Part shown: piece after piece, positions 26,770 to 32,000 of the stretch
Layout: the number at the start of each line of letters is the position of its first letter
Position numbering within the stretch: the first letter of the stretch is position 1
NCBI RefSeq assembly: GCF_900083515.1
Contig: NZ_LT671858.1
Span: 720,001-752,000, forward strand
Length of the DNA stretch: 32,000 nt
Origin: Cuniculiplasma divulgatum
GTDB lineage: Archaea; Thermoplasmatota; Thermoplasmata; Thermoplasmatales; Thermoplasmataceae
Direction: 5' to 3'
Program-made: the position numbers and the translations under genes
The notes under the pieces: model-generated
Told to the model about the DNA's origin: nothing
Databases searched by the model: none
What the model saw: only the letters and a program-made list of their open reading frames with translations

Positions 26770-27472
26770 GTATGGCTGAAAGGTCATCATTTTTTATGGT
26801 ATTTTCGTTTCTCATATCATCAAAAAAAGTTCTGTCATTATAATGATCCCATAATAGTCCGAAACTATCTTCGCCTGCCTCCATTATAAATTTTGACATG
26901 GCATCAGTCGCGAGTATTATCTCATTGCCTTTAACAATCTTAAATTTCTCCTGCTTAATATTTAATTTCTGTTCAAAGGGTTTATTGTTTAGGGGGAAAC
27001 CATATCCAGACCAGACGAGACTTGGATGAATACCAAATTGATCTGGGGAATTAAGTGGAAAACTTTTCATCTTGCCCTCGTCAAAGATGAAAATACATGA
27101 ATCTCCTATAGCATGAACAATTAAGCTTTCCATAGAACCAAATTCTGTACTAATACCCAAAAAAGTTGAATAGGCTCCTCGAACAGCCTTGTTTTTAACA
27201 TTCCATTTGAGTCCTTTCCAGTTTATGCTCTCATACCACATCTTTCTGGAATCTCGAATAAATTGCCTTATATCGTTTTTTATTTTCTCATCCCCATTGT
27301 TATTAACGAACTCGTTTGTCAGGGCAAAAGCCCACTGTCCTGAAAATATAGAATCACTTGCACCATCAGCTATGGCGAACTTTAGTTTTTCAAGATTTAT
27401 ACTCAGGGAATCCTCTGTCTCCTCAGGATTGTTTCCAGATTTAGAAAAATTAAAGGAGTGAACCTCCATCAT
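26756..27472 (-). CDS. PP2C-family (PP2C_2-like) protein phosphatase
   Basis: Metal-binding motifs in PP2C order: EETEDS, FAIADGASDS, HAIGDSCIFIF, ILATDAMSKF, and C-terminal NDDLSAILISF. Its ATG overlaps the vWA stop (ATGA at 27469-27472). Confidence 0.8.
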   Translation of the reverse strand: MMEVHSFNFSKSGNNPEETEDSLSINLEKLKFAIADGASDSIFSGQWAFALTNEFVNNNGDEKIKNDIRQFIRDSRKMWYESINWKGLKWNVKNKAVRGAYSTFLGISTEFGSMESLIVHAIGDSCIFIFDEGKMKSFPLNSPDQFGIHPSLVWSGYGFPLNNKPFEQKLNIKQEKFKIVKGNEIILATDAMSKFIMEAGEDSFGLLWDHYNDRTFFDDMRNENTIKNDDLSAILISF

Positions 27473-28290
27473 TCTACCTTGTTATATACCACTCTTGTTC
27501 CAATGTCCAGAAGCTTTATCAATTCTTCAAGATTTGCGTTAAAAACATATGCTTTGGAACCACTTTCAACGTTTGAGAATTCCTCCCTTGCTATAGCAAC
27601 CATTGGCTCTGGAACAACGCTTGTCATTGAAAACATTGTTCTTGCGTTCTTATCCTCAGGTATTTCTGTTTCATCCTTTGGAAAACTTATTGGTTTTTCA
27701 TCCTTTTCGGAGAGATGGCAGTTCCACAATAGAACCTTCCCATCAGAAGTTTCCATGTTCATTATCTCTTCAGCAATGTCAGATGGATTCCCATCCGTTG
27801 CCCCACCATCACTAATATTTATGATAACCGGGGGAAAAGAATTCCCATGCTCTCCAATCCACTTCTCTGTCCATTCCTTAGCAATCGTTAGAGCTTTTAC
27901 CATGGGAGTATCGTATGATGCGACAGGTTCAAACCAAACTGGAAACTCCGTTTCAATTGTTTCACCATCTATTTCCTCAGAATGTTTCTCCATTTTCAAA
28001 ATATGACTCTCAAGTTCTGAAATTGATACAGGACTATCTCCAATCAAGCCCCGTGCATCTCCACTCTTGAATCCGTAACCAATTACTCCAACATCAAAAT
28101 AAGGTCTTATTCCATCTGACTTTGTACATCTACTTATAACCTCATTCAACTGCCTGTTAATTGCATCTGAGGCCTCTTGGGCTTTTGATCTCTGTCCTCC
28201 TGCAATCTTTCTACTCATAGATCTTGACTGATCTAGGAGAAAAATGAAGAGCCCAGGATTTCTTCTGCTTATTTCTGCGTCATATGCCAT
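27469..28290 (-). CDS. von Willebrand factor A (vWA) domain protein with intact MIDAS, TerY-like
   Basis: MIDAS DxSxS in FIFLLDQSRSMS (DQSRS at nt 28219-28233, checked), later Thr (SYDTPM) and Asp (INISDGGATDG). About 270 aa, with no TM or signal peptide. Confidence 0.85.
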   Translation of the reverse strand: MAYDAEISRRNPGLFIFLLDQSRSMSRKIAGGQRSKAQEASDAINRQLNEVISRCTKSDGIRPYFDVGVIGYGFKSGDARGLIGDSPVSISELESHILKMEKHSEEIDGETIETEFPVWFEPVASYDTPMVKALTIAKEWTEKWIGEHGNSFPPVIINISDGGATDGNPSDIAEEIMNMETSDGKVLLWNCHLSEKDEKPISFPKDETEIPEDKNARTMFSMTSVVPEPMVAIAREEFSNVESGSKAYVFNANLEELIKLLDIGTRVVYNKVE

Positions 28291-28323
28291 TTACATTCAT
28301 CCCTTCATTAAATATAAAATTTA

Positions 28324-28656
28324 TCAATGCTTCTTTTCAAATAATCCAAGAAACACTGCTACTAGAATTACTATATAACCTATAATGAAAATTCCGGGAT
28401 ATGCTATTATTCCTGCAACGGAAATTACAGCCATAGTTGTTAGACCAATTTCTTTCTTTCTTCTGCTAAGTTCGACGCCTATTATTCCAATAACACTGAA
28501 GAGTAAGTTATCAACTACAGCAGCCCCTGCACTCACCTTTCCAAAGAATGAAATATAGCTTGTAATGTCATGCAGCACAAACAGAATCAATGCTAGAACT
28601 ATGTTTATGAGAGCTCCTATTATCCCTATTTTATAATAAAGCTTAAATGATGCCAT
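28324..28656 (-). CDS. Small polytopic membrane protein (hypothetical, 110 aa)
   Basis: Three to four hydrophobic helices (IGIIGALINIVLALILFVL, LLFSVIGIIGV, AVISVAGIIAYPGIFIIGYIVILVAVFLGL). 33-nt gaps to both neighbours on the same strand. Confidence 0.6.
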   Translation of the reverse strand: MASFKLYYKIGIIGALINIVLALILFVLHDITSYISFFGKVSAGAAVVDNLLFSVIGIIGVELSRRKKEIGLTTMAVISVAGIIAYPGIFIIGYIVILVAVFLGLFEKKH

Positions 28657-28689
28657 GGTAGATTGATAATTTTAAGCTATTAAAATATA

Positions 28690-29781
28690 TCATTTTTTTA
28701 ATTCATACTTCTTTCCTCTCCATTCAATATGGGTTGATCTAACTCCAGTAATCATATTGATGAAATAGATAAATGGTAACACTATTGACGCTATTGTAAC
28801 CATCATTATGTTCTGCTTCTCTCTAGAAACGTTAATGGCAATTGCCATTCCCCATGGAATGTATCCGAGAAGGAATAAGTTCCAGACAAAAATGGATAGT
28901 GGGATTAAGGCAATTACATATAATATTACTATACCATAAATCCCAATTCCTGCATAGAATGCGTTCTTACTGTGAGATATGCTTATGGCAATTTGCCTAT
29001 TGGACCATTCCATGAAGGTTTTTCTATCCTCTCTAGTGTATACAACTGGTCTAGTATTATGAGCATAAGCAATCTTGAGATTTCTTTCCTTGCAAATGGA
29101 TGTAATTGTGGAATCATCTGAAATGGAATTAGCAAACTTTTCAAAATTATCTGGAAAAATTAAATCATTCCTGAAGGCGACCGATCCTCCCCAAACAAAT
29201 CTTGTCAATCTGAACTCCATCATGTTTATTCCAAGGTATCCCCATGTTTTTTTAATATAGTCCCATATATTTCCTCTGTCAGCAGGATCATAATAGGGAT
29301 AAGTTGTGCTTGCACCTATATTTTTGTCCGCAAGAGGACCTAAAAGACTTTGCAGCCAGTTGGGTTTAACAAGTGTATCTGAATCCAAAATAGCAAAGTA
29401 ATCACTTTCCTGATATTTTTTGAGTGCAGTTGCTATAGCACCAACTTTTCCACTCCCGCTGTGACCGCCATCTGAAACTAGAATTTCCATGTTATGTTTT
29501 TTCAGTATCTGAACCGCAGGATCATCTAAATGATCAACAACAGCAACAATATTATACTGTTCGACTGTTTGATGTTTTATTGCATCTAAATTTTTTTCAA
29601 AATTAAGATCGACGCCCTTGCACGGAAATATAACGGTAACCTTTTTTAAAGCTATATTCTTCTGACTGGAACTTTGTCTTTTCCACCACACAACAAGATA
29701 TATCCTTAGGGATAGAAATACTATAAGTACCAATATGATGAATGCCCAGAGTATTTTTATAATTTCAATGTCTTGAATCAT
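28690..29781 (-). CDS. Membrane-bound family 2 glycosyltransferase, GT21-like (ceramide-glucosyltransferase/HpnI-like), probable lipid glycosyltransferase
   Basis: N-terminal TM helix, then a GT-A core: VTVIFPCKG, GKVGAI, DxD in FAILDSDTLV, WGGSVAFR, SDDSTIT. C-terminal TM helices and a terminal IEWRGKKYEL, as in the GT21 subgroup by my recollection. Confidence 0.85.
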   Translation of the reverse strand: MIQDIEIIKILWAFIILVLIVFLSLRIYLVVWWKRQSSSQKNIALKKVTVIFPCKGVDLNFEKNLDAIKHQTVEQYNIVAVVDHLDDPAVQILKKHNMEILVSDGGHSGSGKVGAIATALKKYQESDYFAILDSDTLVKPNWLQSLLGPLADKNIGASTTYPYYDPADRGNIWDYIKKTWGYLGINMMEFRLTRFVWGGSVAFRNDLIFPDNFEKFANSISDDSTITSICKERNLKIAYAHNTRPVVYTREDRKTFMEWSNRQIAISISHSKNAFYAGIGIYGIVILYVIALIPLSIFVWNLFLLGYIPWGMAIAINVSREKQNIMMVTIASIVLPFIYFINMITGVRSTHIEWRGKKYELKK

Positions 29782-30331
29782 CTATCTCACTAATGGGAAC
29801 AGTTCTGCTTCCTCTAGTCCCTCTCATAGGTTCAGATTCCTTCCCGATCCTTTTTCCCCTCAATATATTAAATATATCAGAAAGAGAGAGAACAGAAAAG
29901 ATTATTCCCGTGATCAGGGAAATGAAAAGAAAAATCTCTAGGAATATAATATAATAAGAGGTATGATAGACAACAACTGAGCTGGCAAAATTCATCAACA
30001 TCGAGATAAGACCTATCATTATGGTAAAAACAAATAATCTGTTGATCTGACCAAATATTGGTTGCTTAAGGCTTTCTGGATGAAAGATCGGGATCATTGA
30101 GATCATCACAGTGTAAGCAGCCATCATAAGACCCATAATTGTCCCATAAAAAGTTAGGATCGACGAACTGGAATAGAAAGAAGCAATCTTCGAGGTTAAA
30201 AGAGTATCTGTTGGAATATATATCTTTCCTATATTGGTTGTCAGAAAAAAAGTAATAATAAATGACAGAATCACTACATTTCTCAACTTATAAAAGGAAT
30301 CCAATCTACCCTTAAGCCTGACCTGAGCCAT
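29765..30331 (-). CDS. Polytopic membrane protein (hypothetical, 188 aa)
   Basis: Four to five hydrophobic helices and a charged C-terminal tail (RGKRIGKESEPMRGTRGSR). Its 3' end overlaps the glycosyltransferase start by 17 nt. Confidence 0.6.
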   Translation of the reverse strand: MAQVRLKGRLDSFYKLRNVVILSFIITFFLTTNIGKIYIPTDTLLTSKIASFYSSSSILTFYGTIMGLMMAAYTVMISMIPIFHPESLKQPIFGQINRLFVFTIMIGLISMLMNFASSVVVYHTSYYIIFLEIFLFISLITGIIFSVLSLSDIFNILRGKRIGKESEPMRGTRGSRTVPISEIDDSRH

Positions 30332-30394
30332 GGAATATTATAGTTATCCGGTATAAAATTTTTTATTAGAATATGGCTAAAAATTATGAAATTT

Positions 30395-30748
30395 TCAGAA
30401 AAATCTGAAAGTTGATTGATCTATAAGCTCTGTAAAACTTTCTAAATCTATCTCCCCATCTTTAAAATTTGCAACTAGTTCTGTCCATCTCACTTCAAAA
30501 TCAAACGAAAGTTTCTCGCCTTTTACCGTAAAGAGTAAACGGGTAACTCGGTCTACATTCTCCTTGTCAGGGAAATCAACACTTTCGATCTCTTCGTTAT
30601 TATCCGCATTTTTAACATATGTGTGGGAAATGTATTCAAAGGAAAAGTTATGAAGGGGAAAATTTCTTCGTTTCTGTATTGCAAGCATCCTCACAAAATA
30701 TTCAATGATATTTCCAAAATCACCTTCTATCTTAGTCGGCTCTTGCAT
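30395..30748 (-). CDS. Hypothetical soluble protein (117 aa)
   Basis: Clean ORF with acidic, protein-like composition. Same strand as the downstream membrane/GT genes, 63-nt gap. I recognise no family. Confidence 0.5.
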   Translation of the reverse strand: MQEPTKIEGDFGNIIEYFVRMLAIQKRRNFPLHNFSFEYISHTYVKNADNNEEIESVDFPDKENVDRVTRLLFTVKGEKLSFDFEVRWTELVANFKDGEIDLESFTELIDQSTFRFF

Positions 30749-30862
30749 ATATTTAAATCCCTATATGGTTTTTAAATTTTTTTAATTTTTCATATTAGAT
30801 ATACATTTCTTAAGAAAGAGCAATGCGTAAAAACTTTTTTTCCAAAATTTATTATGTTGTGA

Positions 30863-31906
30863 TTGAATAAAAGAAATATGACGGATGATATTCCAGAGGT
30901 TAGAACAAAGCACCCTTACTTAATGTATGAAATGCTCAAGGAGACTCCAAAAGCTCTAAAAACTACTATAAAAAATGTGATTGATGAAGAAATTGATTTC
31001 AGACGCGGTTCTGTAACTGTAACAGGAAACGGAACATCATATCATGCAGGAGTTCTTGGGTTTCAGTCTATTTCTGATGAAAATAAACCATGGAATCATA
31101 TACAGTCATATGAACTTGAAAATTACAAAACGCCTGGAAATAATATTGTTGCATTCTCACATACCGGTAAAACGTATTCAACTGTCCAGTCAATAAGAAA
31201 ATATCCAGAAAAATTCAGTGTTGGTGTGACTCATGATCAAAATTCTTCACTGGCGCAAATATCCAGCAAGAGTATAGTTATTCAGGAAAAGGATAAATCT
31301 CTATGTAACACAAAGGCATTTTTTGATAACTCTTTAGCGTCTCTTATAATCGCCAATAAGTATGAAAAATCAAAGTATGACTATGAAGGGTTTATTTCCA
31401 TGATAGATAAGAATCTTATGAGGGCAGATATTGAGATGAACTCGATTGTTAAGGAAATCGGAAAGGTCAAAAATATTTTTGTGCTAGGGGCGGGGAACAA
31501 TTTTATAGCCGCACGGGAAACTGCTCAAAAACTAAAGGAGGCAACACACATACATAGTGAAGGCATAGAACTGGAAGAATATAACCACGGTTGCACATCT
31601 GTTACAAATAAAGATACTCTGCTTATTAACATATGCAACCGCGAAGATACATCAAGGGTAGAACAAATAAACAGAGGAATAAAATATGTTGGAGCGAAAT
31701 CTATAGGCATTGGTGGCCCAGGAGACTTTGAAATAGAACTTGATGTCAGAAATAGCTTTGAATTACCTATACAGGCAATAACTTATACCTATTTCCTTGC
31801 CTACCATCTTGCAGTTAAACTTGGAATCAATCCAGATATACTTAGATTCGACGAAAAAGACTATTATGATTTTGATATGGAAATATTTCCAGCCGGCCAG
31901 CACTAA
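30863..31906 (+). CDS. SIS-domain sugar-phosphate isomerase/deaminase (GlmS isomerase-half / AgaS / GlmD-like)
   Basis: Two SIS repeats: VTGNGTSYHAG...AFSHTGKT and VLGAGNNFIAARETAQKLKEATHIHSEG. No N-terminal glutaminase (Cys1) domain. The start is either TTG 30863 or ATG 30878. Confidence 0.85.
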   Translation: MNKRNMTDDIPEVRTKHPYLMYEMLKETPKALKTTIKNVIDEEIDFRRGSVTVTGNGTSYHAGVLGFQSISDENKPWNHIQSYELENYKTPGNNIVAFSHTGKTYSTVQSIRKYPEKFSVGVTHDQNSSLAQISSKSIVIQEKDKSLCNTKAFFDNSLASLIIANKYEKSKYDYEGFISMIDKNLMRADIEMNSIVKEIGKVKNIFVLGAGNNFIAARETAQKLKEATHIHSEGIELEEYNHGCTSVTNKDTLLINICNREDTSRVEQINRGIKYVGAKSIGIGGPGDFEIELDVRNSFELPIQAITYTYFLAYHLAVKLGINPDILRFDEKDYYDFDMEIFPAGQH

Positions 31907-32000
31907 GAGATTTTCTTATTGGCCTTTTCTATCTTATTCTCAATTTTCTTAAGTTGGAATGGGTCAGTAGGTTGCTTACTCTTAAGCATTTTATTTCTCA

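Noticed and set aside
27458-28006. A 182-aa ORF on the plus strand, antisense to the vWA gene. Similar long antisense ORFs occur at 12701-13186 (kdpB), 20805-21191 (ThiF-like), 10839-11183 (kdpC), 6319-6657 (pyrC), 21865-22188 (ADH) and 1002-2037 (hemA), with several more inside the helicase and elp3.
   Set aside because: - Each lies entirely inside a gene with unmistakable family motifs on the other strand.
- Their translations are Ser/Phe/Leu/Ile-rich and low-complexity, as expected for the antisense of Glu/Asp/Lys/Asn-rich genes.
- None has recognisable motifs. I treat them as shadow ORFs.
28310-28320. A TATA-like TTTTATATTT in front of vWA as a firm independent promoter.
   Set aside because: TATA-like strings are frequent in this AT-rich DNA, and a partial SD-like AAGGGATGA also precedes the ATG, which is compatible with co-transcription. 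The evidence is ambiguous, so I reported it only as a caveat.
22250-30860. The helicase/kinase/PP2C/vWA/GT block as a recently acquired mobile genomic island.
   Set aside because: I saw no integrase, transposase, flanking tRNA, terminal direct repeats or visible shift in base composition or codon style relative to the housekeeping flanks. An accessory function is plausible, but recent mobility is unsupported.
1-32000. Search by eye for tRNA/rRNA genes, CRISPR repeat-spacer arrays, tandem repeats and IS elements.
   Set aside because: - There are no GC-rich structured blocks of tRNA size in any intergenic region.
- There are no regularly spaced direct repeats.
- There are no transposase-like ORFs.
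- tRNAscan-SE, Infernal and a CRISPR finder would be needed to exclude them formally.
31903-32000. A reverse-strand frame open to the window end (...RNKMLKSKQPTDPFQLKKIENKIEKANKKIS, stop at 31903-31905). It overlaps the SIS gene stop by 3 nt.
   Set aside because: Only about 32 codons are visible and the sequence is lysine-rich with no motif. It could be the C-terminus of a gene lying beyond the window or noise, so I did not call it.

Overview
This is an AT-rich, very gene-dense chromosomal segment with almost no non-coding DNA, many 4-nt ATGA stop/start overlaps, and several convergent gene pairs whose 3' ends overlap. It reads as archaeal, most like a Thermoplasmata-type euryarchaeon. The pointers are RNase P protein Rpp21, Elp3, an archaeal-type HAD phosphoglycolate-phosphatase-like gene, and TATA-like boxes about 25 nt upstream of start codons; the taxon is inference only. 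I can support about 35 protein-coding genes and found no rRNA, tRNA, CRISPR array, transposase or integrase by eye.

The left two thirds is housekeeping:
- hemA
- a coupled pyrD-pyrK-queE-pyrC operon
- rnp4
- kdpFABC, including a 32-codon kdpF that is missing from the ORF track, next to a tandem-USP gene
- elp3
- a padR-ABC exporter operon
- an E1-like ThiF/MoeB enzyme
- a Zn alcohol dehydrogenase

The accessory-looking part is about 22.3-30.3 kb. It starts with an 898-aa UvrD-family SF1 helicase fused to a RecB-type PD-(D/E)XK nuclease. That gene is divergent from a Hanks-type Ser/Thr kinase with an unassignable ~190-aa N-terminal region. The kinase is convergent with a translationally coupled vWA(MIDAS)-PP2C phosphatase pair. 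Upstream on the same strand lie a GT2 (GT21-like) membrane glycosyltransferase and two small polytopic membrane proteins.

vWA + PP2C + kinase is the domain content of the bacterial TerY-P triad. Its archaeal setting, the inverted kinase, the absence of other ter genes and the head-to-head helicase-nuclease make it the best candidate here for an undescribed defence or stress-signalling system. All family assignments come from motif recognition by eye; no search was run.
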